From Takakia lepidozioides (lineage: Eukaryota > Plantae > Bryophyta), in contig CM060734.1 in the NCBI GenBank assembly GCA_030704615.1, forward strand, positions 44,888,001 to 44,952,000: 64,000 bases of DNA. The letters are read 5' to 3'. Below the pieces are notes generated by a model. That model was not told the origin of the DNA and ran no database searches. It saw only the letters and a list, made by a program, of their open reading frames with translations. Each line of letters opens with the position of its first letter. Position 1 is the stretch's first letter. Position numbers and translations under genes: made by a program. Shown piece after piece: positions 27,101 to 40,414 of this stretch.

Positions 27101-28508
27101 TGCTGACAGAAGGTTTATTCGCCCTCCCACGGATTTGGGCGTTTTCGACACTCGTAAGACCTCGCCACCATTCCCACATGGCAGCGTGACTACTCTCTTG
27201 CGGCCATCTATGACCGCTCCGGATTTGCTCAAAAAGGTCATCCCCAAAATGAGATCCACTCCATCGATCTCGCAGATGGTGAAGTTCTCACGTCCCTCCC
27301 AACTCCCCAGTTGAAGAGGAACATCAAACGCCAACCTTGTCGCCAACTGTGGTTCTCCTTTGGCAGAACGCACCTCAATAGAGGCCCCCACGTCATTTGT
27401 TGGGAGTCCCAACTTTCGCGCTGTCGCCGGCGTCATGAAGGAGTGCGACGCTCCTGTGTCCACCAACAACGACACGTTAGTTCCGGATATTATCCCATCC
27501 ACGAACAATAACTGACTCCATTTACGCAGGGCGCCAGTTTCCTGATACAACTCACAAGAATAGTTGCCTACCTTGCAAGTCCTGGCGACCACCGCTTCCA
27601 CCAAGCGACTGATGGTATCTTCCGACAGCTCCGTGGTTGCCCGAGTCATGTTCAATTGTCGAGGTTTCGTGCACTTCTTGGCCATGTGCCCGGGCTCCCC
27701 GCAATTGAAACACACTCCATCAAAGGTCGCCTTCTGTCCGCCATAAGCCGCTCCACCCGCTTTTCCTTTCGAAGCACCGGGTGCCGCCTTGACGTGTGAA
27801 GGCCCTCCCTTCGATTTCCACGTGCCATTGTCGCCGCGTGGCCTATCCCACTTCTTTTCCGGTCGGAAGGAGTCACCTTCCTGCCGGGTCTTCTTGTGGT
27901 TCAGCTCCGTACGGCCTTGTCTCTCACCCCTAGGGACATCCGAGAAACATTCAGCCCTCTCAATTGCCTCGTTCAAAGTCTTGGGTGGCTTCTCCTCCAA
28001 CTTCCGCCTGGCCCATGGGCCAGTCCCGCCACAAAGTTGAAGACCATTTCTGGTTCTGCCATGTCCGCGACTTGAGCAACAGCACATTGAAAGCCTGGAC
28101 ATACCCCCGAATGTCATCTGTTTGCTTCAAATTCCTCATCTTGTCCCGGGCAAGCCAGGACGCGTTGAGGGGCACAAACTGTCTCTTCATCAATTCGTTG
28201 AACCCACTCGAGTTCAAGGTTTCCGGGCTTGGACCTCGGTCGTGAAGGCGTTTCTGCCACCATTGTTGAGCATAGCCCCTCAAATAGGTGGGAGCCACTT
28301 CCACCCGATCCTCGTCACTCAACTTGGCCGCTCGCAAGTACTGCTCTAGCTCCAGGAGCCAGGTGTTGAGTGCCTTCCAATTTCGGATGCCCTCGAAGGT
28401 GCCGGGTTCCTTAGGCTTCACCTTAAACTTTGCCTTAGTGGAAGTGGCATTAGCCGCCTTCAACACCTCTTTCAACGTCCCGCCAAACTGCGCCAACAAC
28501 CCTTCCAA
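24170..28508 (-). pseudogene. Chromovirus gag-pol: Gag (CCHC), protease, RT, RNase H, integrase, chromodomain
   Basis: [67 protein letters not shown]. In-frame TAA at 25448-25450 in the integrase zinc finger; frameshifts in gag near 28020-28060. Confidence 0.95.
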
Positions 28509-28596
28509 AAGGCTGCCGGCATGGGAAGCATCTCTTGGTTTGTCGGAGCTCTCAAGGATTCCTCGGGCTCCGACTCCTCGGATTCCTCCCGCTCTC

Positions 28597-29006
28597 TGTA
28601 GCTGTCCGCGGGGGTTTCACAACCAGCCATGCCATTTTATGGCGAACCACCACGACAACCCTCGACTCCCGGTGATGAGTCGCGGTGAGTCTTGGCCCAC
28701 TCACCACGACCCCTATGGACCGTGATGAGTCCCAAGACTCCCCAAGACTCCCACCACGAGGTCTCTGCCCCCATGGTGAGTCCTATGCCACCCCACTAAG
28801 TCCCGCTAAGCTACCACCACCCCTTGTGGAGCCACCCCCACCGCAACCCGGTGTGCGGGGCTCCACCTAGTGAGCGCCCCCGCTCCTTGAGTGCCTTGGC
28901 ACTCAAGGGTGCTTCAGCCCCCATACCTATCGCTGCCGCTGCCCCCACCACAGGGGCAGCCCCTCATGTGTCCCGACCCCTGCCCTCAAGGCAAAGTGCC
29001 GCGACA
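28597..29006 (-). repeat. Truncated 5' LTR of the chromovirus (U3 only)
   Basis: Matches 22850-23264 and is then joined directly to gag-region sequence. Confidence 0.9.
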
Positions 29007-29299
29007 GGCTGGGAACAACCATACCTTGGGCGCTGCCTCCTCATGCCGGGGGGGGAATCCGGAATGCTGACGCCGTACCACTATGGTCGTAAGCGCAGGA
29101 CCCACCTTCTTCACATTCGACCCCACTGCCACTCCCTGTACATGTGGTCCTGCAAAACATATAGTGCCAGCCTTGCGTGAGAGGGCATCCGGGGGGAACA
29201 AAACAAACATGGACTTTGGCTTCGATGTCATGTTTCAAACAGTAAGGTTAGTTTCACCTGCATGGGCGCAGAAGTACTTCCCCCAACGACCCCATCCTC

Positions 29300-29900
29300 T
29301 CCCACATTCAAGCTGCCAGTCGGGGTCAGCTTCTGCGTGCTTGTGAAGACACGCACATCCTTGGAGCAAAACAAATCTTGGCAGTAGGGCCAGACTGTTT
29401 CTAAAAGGTAGTCTGAATCGGGCCCCTCACTGACATTGCCAGTGACATCAAACGACAATGGATGGACCATGTTCAAAGGGGAGTTCCCCCTCCCCTTGTG
29501 TGGTGAATCATCCACTAGGAGGGTGTTGGATTCGTTAAATCCAGAAAATTCCAACCACACCCTCGACAGTCTCTTCTGTAAGTTCTGTACGGCAGCCCTT
29601 TTGTGGGGTGTGGCTCTGTCAAGGGGTCACACTCCTCTTGTGACCACACAAAGAGGGGAGAACCCTTGACCCCCTGCATGACCACTTTGAAGATGTCTGC
29701 AACATTCCCCTTGGAAGCACAGGACCATATCCCAACGTAGAAATACCGGAAGAGAAGGTTTAAAAACTCGCAGACCTGGGGCCTTGGGAAAACATACTTG
29801 TTGGTGGTCAACACCCATGGCCAATGACGCCTCGGGTTGGGCTGAAAGTTAGGAATAGAGTGGCACAGAATCCCGTTCAGGTCTAGAACAATTAGTTTCG
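29300..29900 (-). pseudogene. FCP1/NIF (HAD-superfamily) phosphatase-like domain, frameshifted
   Basis: KLIVLDLNGIL, VFPRPQVCEFL..FYVGIWS, LFVWSQEEC, NTLLVDDSPHKG. Confidence 0.8.
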
Positions 29901-32297
29901 ACTTTTCTATGAAAGGAGCTTTTGAAGGGGTGTCACGGGGTCTCACCTCAGTGGGTTGGGAGACAACAGTCACCCCGGAGGGCAAAGTTTCGGTCCCCCT
30001 GCAGCCTGGACCAGGCAAACTACCACCCTCTCCCCCTACAGCTTCCCTTTTCCCCCATCATGAGCAATGACCCCCCCATCGTCCATGTCATCCCCACCAA
30101 CTTGCTGGACCTCTCCCTCTTCAACGAGTGGACCCTGCCCCCCACTGTGAATATCATCAACAACAGCCCGGACCTCTGTCACATCCCTACCCACTACAAT
30201 TATTTCCTCCTTGTCAGGTACAATGGTCGCAGCAGGGGGGTCTTCCATAATGCCACCCGTCACACCCCCTTTTTGCCCCATCATGAGTTCCACTATCTTC
30301 TTCAGTTGTGCTTCCATTCCCCTCTCCCGCTCCGCAGAGAGAGCCGCAAGCCTCTCCAGGGCCCCGATGCGGGCTGCCATTGAGTTCCCCGCTCCCTACG
30401 CATACAAACACCCACCCGTACTGTTAAAAACCAGAAGAAGAGGCCGAATGTGCAGGATTTCAGGCATTCGGAGATGGCTAGGTTTGGCATAACACCCCTC
30501 GTGTACCATGCGTGGGGGCCCCACATACCCACCAAATCTTAGTACAACAACAGATTCATGAATGGAAACCGGACTTCAAAACATACCTGGCTCAAAACAG
30601 ACTCTGATGGGGTGCCAGTCGCAGCGTTCTTGCACTCCGCCCCGAGCTCGGACAGTGACGGGCTCCGCGCTTTGCGTCTTTTCTGTATTTGCCCATCCAC
30701 ACACTGTCAGTACAAAATGCCAGGAGCATATGGACAAAGCACTGCCCTGCATATCACATAACAACTAATTCTGCACAAGCAATAAAACCCACTCGTGGGT
30801 GTCTCTTCCATCAGAACATGCCACAACGTAAGAGCAATGAGAAGGGGGTGAGGGAGATTACCAAACGGGCTGCTTGGCCTGCAACTCCTGCCCGGCCCCA
30901 ACGCGAGGGGTTCGTGACACAAGCACGCGCTTGCTTCATCCCTTCAGCCTTTGCAAGTCCACGAGGGGACTCCCAGTAGGCAACAAGCTTATCCCAATAG
31001 GCGGGTTCAGTGTTCATTGGCCTCACACCAGTCTTCGCCCATTTATCTTTCAGTTTTGCTCTTTCTCCTTTCATTATCTTCCCACATTGCTTCACTATAA
31101 AATCACGATTGGCAGGGATAGGTGTGTACTCGTACATTCCATTTATGCCCTCTATTACTGTTGACATGGCACTCTGGGACTGCTGGTCAATGTCTTGTAC
31201 GCTTGAGTCAAGGTAACGCAATGCCAGGCCACGCAAATCACGCTGCCAGTGTTCCTTACCTTCGCAGCCAGCATTGATGACTCCATTTCCATGCACCTCC
31301 ACCTTGTGGCGCTTTAGCCCTGCAGCCACCCTTCCCTCTCCATCTCCTTCCCATTGTTTCATGGCATGACGTCGTTCCTTCCTCAGCTCTGATGTCCGTT
31401 TCCTGCCCCCATGCTCTGGAGCAGCGCCGTCATACGTTGTGGGGGGTGACTGATGTGTGCCGGAGGGGGGAGGGCCGTATGGAGATGTGGGAGGCCCCCA
31501 TTGTGACGTGGCAACATCAGGAAGCCAGCGCCACGACCCCGAAGCAGGGGGGGCTCCCCATGGTGCACTCTGTTGTGGAGACCATCCGGCAGGGGGTGGG
31601 TGCCAAGGTTGGTGTTGGTTGGCATTGTGTGGTGGCTGTGAGTGCTTTGCTGCAGCTTCACTCCCCTTCCGCTGCCAAAAACATCCCACACACAAGGTGC
31701 ATCAGCTGTAGTCCTACTGAACACAACGTCACCAGAGCACAAACCATCCCACAACCACAACTATGGATTGGCTGACCTCAAACCCACTCCCCTGCAGCGC
31801 AAGTGCCAAAAACTGAAAAGGAGAGGGACAGAATGTCCTCATAACATGTAAGCCCATTCATTGGTGAAGAAACAGAATGTGGGCGGGTTCACATCAGTAC
31901 CACATGAAACTTACCAGGAAACAGAACATCCATCCGGGTTTTGCACATATCCAGTGGACATCTATTCACACAATCAGCAAATGGCTGTATGGCGGAGCCC
32001 AGCAACGGAGCCCCAAAAGGCCTAAAGACTCTCAATGTTGGTAAACACAGGTGCAGACACAATTCAATTGAAAGGATATTGCAGACCTAGCCTCGTTGGA
32101 GTTATCAACGCATATAGCAAATGCGTACTCCAACGCAGGTGCAATGACGTGACAAAGCAACATTTCCTTGACCTAAAAACTAGTCCCTCTGCACACAGTG
32201 GTAGACCTGAAGGTTTTTCCACGATGTCCTCCCCCATGACACAAATTGAAAACATGTTCAGGGATGTTTTCTGCCTAACTTCATTTTCTGCCCAATC

Positions 32298-33420
32298 AGA
32301 TCTCCTCTACGCTGATGATGTTGCCCTTTTGGCACAATCCCCGGTCTTTCTGCAACGCCATATCAAAATTTTGGAACAGTTCTGCAAAGACTATGGGATG
32401 CAAGTCAATCTTAGCAAGACCAAGATCATGGTCTTCAATGGCCAGGCTGATCGTAGATTCATCTTCAACCAGCAGGAAATTGAGATTGTCAAATCATACC
32501 GGTACCTAGGTCTGGTTATCCACTCCCCCAAGTTTCACTTTGCAGCCACTGCCTTGGACAGATTGACTAAAGGTAAGGCGGCCTCCGTCCGCCTTCACGC
32601 CAAATGCAAGCAAATACATCTGCGGCATCCCCCGACCAAAAAGTGGTTGTTTGACACCGTCGTCAGCCCTGCTACCATCAATGGTTGTGAGTTCTGGGCA
32701 CCTGGTGTCCCTGTCTCCTGGTGGGAAAAGAATTTGGAACCATTACAGTCATCTTTTCTCCAAGCAATGCTTGGCGCCAGGAGCACAACTCCATCTCAGA
32801 TCCTAGGTGCAGAGTTCGCATGTGTACCATTGCAATCCGAGGCACAGTTCAGGCTTACAATCTTTCTCCATAGATTGCAGGCCCTTCCACCCAAAGGGCT
32901 AGTGGCAAGGGCCCTCACAACATCTATGAGGCTCAAAGCTGCAGGTTTCGGGAACTCCTGGTATGCTCGAGTGGACAGTTTATTGAAACGTAACGGACTT
33001 TCTACTGCTTTCCTATTACCAATGAACCCACATGAGGTGGACATCACATCCAGACATGACCGCAACAGACTCATTCGGAGAGAGCTTATGGAATTACATG
33101 TCAAGAGAACTTGGATGCTACCCAATCTCACAACAAAGCTCCACTTCTATCGAGAGACATTCTTGGTGCTCCGCGATGATAGAATCTTCAGACCAAATTA
33201 CCTTTCAGCACCCTTACCTCCTTCCCTCTTGAGGGCATTGGGGCGGTTCAGGGTGGGTTCCCACAACCTACGGATAGAGACTGGCAGATGGGAAAACCTG
33301 CAACGGGAGGACCGCCTATGTCCAGCTTGCATAGGGCGCAGCAAGGAAATTGAAACTGAAGAACACTTCTTCTTCTACTGCCCTGTATACTACGACATCC
33401 GTTTGAACAACTTTGTGGAT
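32298..33420 (+). mobile_element. 5'-truncated non-LTR retrotransposon (LINE; RTE/RTEX-like) ORF2 fragment in tnpA intron 1
   Basis: LLYADDVALL, VNLSKTKIMVFN, YRYLG, RFRVGSHNLRIETGRW..RLCPAC..ETEEHFFFYC. The 600-aa ORF in the track is a chimera with flanking sequence. Confidence 0.85.
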
Positions 33421-35506
33421 ATGTGCATCCCAGTTTCAGTTTCAGGAGAACTCAACGCCCAGAAAACAAGAACACAAGTAGGGGTAGAACTCACCTCATG
33501 CGCAGCGGTTTTGTGCCGTTTGCGCACCTTTTGGAGAGACTCTGCAGATGGAGGTGCAATTTCCTCCGAACTGTCCTCCACCTCATCGTCGTCGCCCATG
33601 CTATACTCGCTTGTGTCAAAATCCGAACTCGAAGACCGCCCACCGCTCTGCCTTCCCTCTCGCACCGACGCCATCTGTACCGGATTCAGTCGAGCCAGGC
33701 GGGGGCTCCTTCGCACCGCGGGGCTGGAATGTGCAGAAGTGGGAGGAGGTGATGCTGCCTCGGCGGTCGAGCGCTTCTTACTAGGCGTGGACATAGACCA
33801 TGACAAAGATGAAGACGAGCGAGGACATAGACCATGACCAAGACAAAGACGAGCGAGGAAGACCAAGACATGCAAAGGAGGAAAGAAGGACAAGGAGGGG
33901 AGTGTGATCACACACCCCCCCGATCTGTAGTGAAGATCCGGCCGTTGTTGATTTCAAATATGAACACGTGTCGTGCATCCGACACTATGGCCTTTTCGAC
34001 TTTGAGACGTTAAACCCTAAACCACTTACAATCCTCCAGACAACTAGATGTAGTGATTCACACAACTGACATGGATCCGTTAACTTTTTTTCGTTCAAAA
34101 TTAGGCGAAGGAAACACACTGCAATGATGCCGTGTATGGCTCCGCTTTACATGCATTCTTGGAGAAAATGCGCATGATGTGTGAGAAGTGAACACAGTGC
34201 TCTGCCAAATGATTCAGCAAAAACAAACTCAACTGTAGTGGTTCTCCCATCGCAGAGAAGGGTCCATTCGACACCCATCGCACCATGCCAGGTTGAGGTC
34301 CTCACACACACACCTACACACCGAGAATTTGCGAACCCACATCAGCTGGGAGAACATGGAAATTACCCCGTGGATCACATGCAAGCATGAATGAGAAATG
34401 GGTTTATGTTACATGGGAGATTTTGGTGTACCTGCGCGACATGCAACTCTGTCTACATACTCCATAAGTCGCTGTCCCAAGACCCAAGTGGACAGGGGAG
34501 GCCGGTGAGTCTGTACCACAAATGGTAATCATACAGCAGAGGGTACTGCTGCCCAACGTGCAAAAGCCGCCGGCTGCAGGATGCTAGGCATGCGAACTCG
34601 GGCACAACACGCCTCCTCTGCACCCCACTCCGTCCCAACCAGTGCAAAACAACCGTGCATGCATTGACTGCCCTCTGGCTTTCTCTCCAGGCATTTGGGG
34701 GTCTGCGATCTGCTACACGTAAGTGTCTTTGAATGCGACGATCAAAGGATCCGGTCACTTGCAGTTGCCGTCTCAAGGGCAGCATTGCAAGAATCAGAAT
34801 TAAGTAAGAAAGATGGTGGAAGAAGCTGCAAACAGCAAATGAGTGAAGTGGCAGGGCGATGCTCCATTTTTAACATGCTCCCCTTCCCGCCATGGTGATA
34901 GAGCCACACAAATGGACTCCCTTCCCGCCACGGTGCAATTTCACGGCAACGGAACGGGATTGTCCGCCGAAACGTGATTTGGAGATGGCCTAAGACAAGT
35001 GGCGCAGGTTCTGGCCTTGTAGTCAGGTTGTTCACACTTCAATGCACACATTTCATACACATTCAACCATATGCCCAAGATCACAACGTCGTCAATCGTG
35101 AAAATTGAAATTCCACGTACGTCCTCCGATTCCTCACACACACACGAACTGTAGAGACAGGTCGTTTTCCAGGATGTCGTTGTTTGAGTCGATTTTGGTC
35201 ATTTCTCTCAGTGTCTTGTTGAAAAGATTCTAGTTATGATGGGAAGCATCGTGATGGCTTTTAAATGGTTTGCTGTTGAGTGTAACTTTTCATCATGTTG
35301 TGGAATCTACCGGTTGGTATAAAATGTCAACTGTCTTCTCTGCCAAAGGATGTGCGGCTGAACCTTTCAAATTGAGATTGCAGGAGGAGGGAATTGACGG
35401 TAGTGAAATGGGAGTGGCAGAGCCAAATTGAGGAATCTCTGCAAAGGAGAATCCGGCCCCCTGCAACGGCGTGCACAAACAGCATTGAAGAGGCTCCCCA
35501 ACAAAA

Positions 35507-38500
35507 ATGAGTTCCCCTCGCCCATGCGGAGGACTTCCAATTAATCACCCCTGTAGACAGAACACCCGAGATGACAGGTTGTGGGAAAGAGAAGTGGCAC
35601 GTGCCCGAGCCCTTGGGCTTTCAAGGATGCCATGCCCATGTGAACGTTGTTTGGGCACTACAAGTAGATCTGAGGACGGTGTGCGCACACATCTCCTTCA
35701 CCACAAAAGACATGAAGCATTTCGGGTGTGGATTGGAGATGGACCTGCAGACGAAGACGATGAGGAGTGGGCACAATTGGACAATGCACACCCCCGAGGG
35801 AGCCATACAGACAGGCCAGACGAGGACTATGTCATGGGCGCAGGACATGAACCAGGCATGGACGGAGGGGTGGAGATTACTCGAATGTTGCAGGAAGCAT
35901 TCCACATCATGGACGATGCTGAAGAGGGGGACGGCGCTGCGACAACTGGGGATGGTGATGACGCAGGAAATGAAGGCATTCACGTGGGGGAAGGCGTGGA
36001 AGGAGGTGGAGATGGAGAATTGAATTCTGCACACATGACACTAGAAGAAGCATGTGTGCCACTGTACGAGGGATGCAAATCCACAAAGCTTGCTGCCACC
36101 ATGCTGTTGATGAACCTGTGCACAACCCACGGTGTCTCAGACCATTTTGTGGACGAGTTGTTCTCTTTGCTTCGGCTGAACTTGCTTCCACAACCAAATG
36201 AAATGCCAAAAAGCTGTCACATGGCCAACCAAATGATTGGGAAGCTCGGCCTCAACTACGTGAAAATACATGCATGTCCAAAAGGACATGTACTTTTCAG
36301 AAGAGAGTACAAGGATGCTATGGAGTGCCCCAAATGCGGTGCAGCCCGATACCATGATGTGGGCAGGTTACAACAGCCAGCCAAGGTGTTGAGGCACTTT
36401 CCCCTTATCCCCCGTCTATTACGAATGTACAAATGCAAGACCATTAGTGAGCTCATGACTTGGCATTCCAGGAATGCCTCAAACGATGGTTTGGTAAGGC
36501 ATGTCCCAGATTCCCTTGCATGGAAGCATATAGATGCAACTTGGCCCGATTTTGCCGAGGACCCACGCAATGTGCGATTGGCTGTATCTACGGATGGAGT
36601 AAACCCATACGGATCAAAGAGTTGCACATGGTCCACATGGCCCGTGCAGTTGGTGGCATACAACCTGCCACCATGGTTGACAACAAAGAAATTCTTTGTC
36701 ATGTTGTCTCTCTTGATTCCAGGCAAGGAGTCCGTGACAAATGCAAACATAGATGTGTATTTGCAACCATTGATTGAAGAGCTACAGGAACTATGGATTG
36801 GAGTTGAAGCTTACGACATTTTGAAACCAGTAGGGCAACGGAGTTTCACCCTCCGTGCCATACTCATGTGGTCAATCCACGATTTCCCCGCATATGGCCT
36901 TGTTGCGGGTTGCAAGACGAAGGGCTACAAAGGGTGCCCCATTTGTGGGCCCTATGTGGATTCACGGCACTCAAAGCCACTAGGGAAGACAATATACATG
37001 GGGCATCGACGTTACCTTGCAAGAAACCACCCCTACCGACGAGCAGGAAGGCACTTCAATGGATGTGTTGAAAAGAGAATGGCACCAAATGCTGTGACAC
37101 CGGAGGAGACATTGCAATTTGCAAAGGAGAAAGAGGCGTTCATGGAGATTGGAGGGAGAGACGGAAGTAGTGCGGATCCAGCCATGGAGCACGGGGTGAA
37201 GCGCCGGACAATCCTTTGGGATTTGCCATACTGGAAGGTGCATGAATCCCCCCCCCCCATTCACTCACTTTCTTTCACATTGTGCTTCCTGGAATTACCT
37301 TTACTGTCAGGAGTCCTTCCACCAACTCCTAAGTCAGTGTAACTACTATGCAGTAGATGTTGAAGTCGTACACCTCACTGTGGAGAGGATCGTGGAGTTG
37401 TTGAAAGCAGAATGTAGTAACATGGACAACTTCTGCCACATATTCTACTTTTTTTGCCCATAGAACTTGGTCTCATGGGAGGACATTTGGCATTTCAGAA
37501 CCTCTTGCAGCGGTACCTCCTGGACCCCATGCATTGTGAGAAGAACTTCTGCGAGAACATTCTGAAGACTATCTTTGGGGAGAAGGATACGATAAACGTA
37601 CGAAAGGACATGGAGATTGAAGGGATACGGTCACATCTGTGGCTAAGGCCTGATCCAAATAGACCAGGCAAAGTGCTCATGCCAGCAGCATCATACGTCC
37701 TGACCAAATCAGAGCAAGAGGATTTTTTGAAGACATTGGGAGCCATGAAAGTGCCAACCGGATTCTCGGGTGCTTTCCAAAAGCATGCCATAAACAAGAA
37801 ATGGTCGGGGATGAAGTCACATGATCTACACGTGATGATGCAACAGATTTTGCCAGTGTGCATTCGGGGTACGATGGCGCCAGGTCCTCGAACAGCCATA
37901 ATGCGTGTAAGTCGAGTGTTTAGGAAGATTTGTGCGAAGGTGTGGGATCCGAGGGACATTACATCGTTGCATGAGGATGTGGCTATGACCCTATGTTTGC
38001 TGGAGAAAGAATTCCCTCCATCATTCTTTGACGTCATGACGCACTTGCTAGTGCATCTTGTAGAGGAGTTGCATGTGTGTGGGCCCGTAGCCAGCCGGTG
38101 GATGTACCCCATGGAGAGGTACATGAAGGATCTGAAGGGGTATGTACGCAACATGGCACGGCCAGAGGGGAGTATGGCGGAGGGCTACATCCGCGACGAA
38201 GCCCTGGGCTTCATGACAGAGTATATGTCTTCATTTGATGCAATACAACGACGGGTGTGGGACGAGAACGAGGAAGAAGGAGTTGTAGGCGAGGTCCTAG
38301 AAGGTGGTGGAACAAAGCGTGCCATGAGCCCGCGCCTTCGGGATGTGGCACATGATTATGTGCTGAACAACACAACAACCATGACACCATGGAGACAGTG
38401 GGTGCCAACTTACATCCCTCCTGTGCTATTCTTAATGGTCTTTGTATGCTGGAATTACATATATATTGTCACAAGTCATTCCGGCCACTATGGGAGTGGG

Positions 38501-39582
38501 ATCGTGTACTAACAGGGTGCTTCAGACGACTACAGAGGGTGTTTCGTAGATCTTGGTTGTTGCTTGCAAGTGATTATGAAGTAGGCTGCATCACTACAGT
38601 GTGCTTGAAAGGACACACACTCTGCATGTGGCATGCATGTACAGCACGGTGTTGGTCAGGGGGACTGAGTTGCAGCTTCTATTTGGTTTCTGCCAGAAAG
38701 TACGCAGCGGAGAAGGTCCGCCTGAAAACGGAACGGAGTGCATTTGCAAAAGCATGGCGGAGGGGCGGTCGTAGGCGCAGATCCCCGGTGGAGTACCCCA
38801 CAACAATGGAGGAGCTGCAGCCCTTTACAGTGTGGGTCAGATCTGCAATTGCAGTGTACGCATCAGAGAACGAGGACCCAGATGAGGGCATGGTGAGTCT
38901 GTCATTCCCCCCAGGGCTGATTGCCACTTCGTACCGGTCAATGAAAGCATATGGCAATCACTATAGAGTGGACGATGCCAACACCAGCCTCCTGGTGACT
39001 TATGACAGCGGAGTGGCATCATTTTTTGAACAAGAGAGTAGGAGCTGTGCACGAGATCAGAATCCAATTTCATGCCATGTGCAATATGTAGGAGTGATCA
39101 AAGAGATCCTTAAACTAGACTATGGTCTTGTGAAGCCAATTCTATTCCGTTGTTCTTGGGTAAAAGCCAATATGGTAGGAGAGAATGCCACCATGAAACG
39201 GGATGAGTACGGGTTCCTCCTTGCTGATTTCAGAAAAATGCTACCACAAGATGAAGAGCCATTCATCTTCCCATCGCAAGTTGAGCAAGTTTTCTTTTCA
39301 GATGACACCCATGCGCCGGGATGGAAGGTGGTTCTTCACAAGGACCCCCGGGCCAAACGAGTCGTGGCCGACGTCCATGATCTGGACCTAGGGGAGAATG
39401 CCGACCACGAGGGTCTGAGGGAACCACGAAATCTACCAGATACGGCCGAACCAGTCTCTTTGGAAGGAGCAGTTACCTTTAATGAGGAAGACATTCCAGG
39501 GTTGGTAATTACCGCAAGGCAAATTGCAGATGTGGGTAGTGAAGGGGAAGATTATTTGGATATAGATAGTGAGCCCAGCTGA
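35507..39582 (+). CDS. En/Spm TnpD-type transposase; 3 exons (35507-37237, 37499-38397, 38697-39582), ~1171 aa, apparently intact
   Basis: CPCERC, IHACPKGHVLF..CPKCGAARY, LAVSTDGVNPY, YNLPPW, SIHDFPAYG, LDPMHCEKN, GMKSHDLH, RWMYPMERY, EPFIFPSQVEQVFF. GT/AG junctions preserve the frame. Confidence 0.92.
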
Positions 39583-40414
39583 ATCTCAGTGTCCATTAAG
39601 CCAGCAGCTCATAGACGAGAGCTATGCTAAGGACTCTTACTGTCCTTAGAACCCATTTTGTACAGTCCTGCAAGCGCGCAAGGGCGAGACAGTTAATAGT
39701 ATCGATAATGTCCCGGTATGTGGTCCGTACTGTCTTGTGAACAAACCTTTTTTTGTTCTGCCAATATTGTTTCTGACATGTGAGGAGAGGATCGTCTTCA
39801 TGTACGGGAAGTAGACGTGAATGTGTGCATGCATTTTCTGGCCCAGCTGCATGCTTTCCAGGAACAAAGACCAGTGGAATGGGGGGTGTCTCCAAAGGAG
39901 CAGGACCGAACGACACCTTTTTGTGCTTCCCTTGCTTTCCTTCTCACCGTTGTTGCATTCTCCCACCTGCCCAACAGCAGCACTCTCGAAGCAATAGCAT
40001 GACATATGTTGCAACATGGTCTTCTTCACCAGCGAATGAGCTTTTTTGCTACATGTACTGCCACGTCCACATTAACGTTGATCCCTGCAAGCACTTGGCA
40101 AGACACCCCAGAGCCGCAAATCCAGCAACCACCACAAACACATCTAACTGATTGTAGTGACACGGGAATAGCTCACTTGTAGAGGAATTGAACCTCCAGC
40201 CAAATGAATGGCTCTGCCCCTTGTAGCACAAGTGCGATGCAAAAACAAGGTGAGTACAAAATGAAGAAGCACTTACGAGGTCCCCATCCCTCGGATGGGC
40301 TCCCACTTGTGCTCTGGAACTGTGCAGGCCTGACTAGCACCAAATTGCATGAATCCTAAGCCTGAATGTCAAATGCAGGTTTATGTCGCGATGCAGCACG
40401 CCATCATCTAACCT

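Larger units (their letters stand above)
22538..29006 (-). mobile_element. Ty3/gypsy chromovirus LTR retrotransposon (Galadriel-like by gag/RNase H motifs), non-functional
   Basis: Ends TGTCGCG...CGCGACA; perfect 5-bp TSD GGCTG (22533-22537, 29007-29011); 3' LTR 22538-23264; 5' LTR truncated to 28597-29006. Confidence 0.93.
21751..33794 (-). pseudogene. tnpA-like gene (Ptta/En/Spm domain, coiled coil, FCP1-like domain, C-terminal Tnp1-like domain); multi-exon, disrupted
   Basis: Phase-0 exons with GT/AG sites: 33794-33495, 31671-30862 (WDKLVAYWES..KAEGMKQARACVTNPSRWGRAG), 30682-30587, and 30395 onward with a stop and frameshifts. Distal piece 21751-21996 reads KAEVVGIAGVDKFHCKDIRSGWYKV..LP. 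The exons between 29000 and 22000 are only partly resolved. Confidence 0.65.

Noticed and set aside
39596-40306. Third gene inside the En/Spm element
   Set aside because: Short overlapping ORFs with no recognisable domain.
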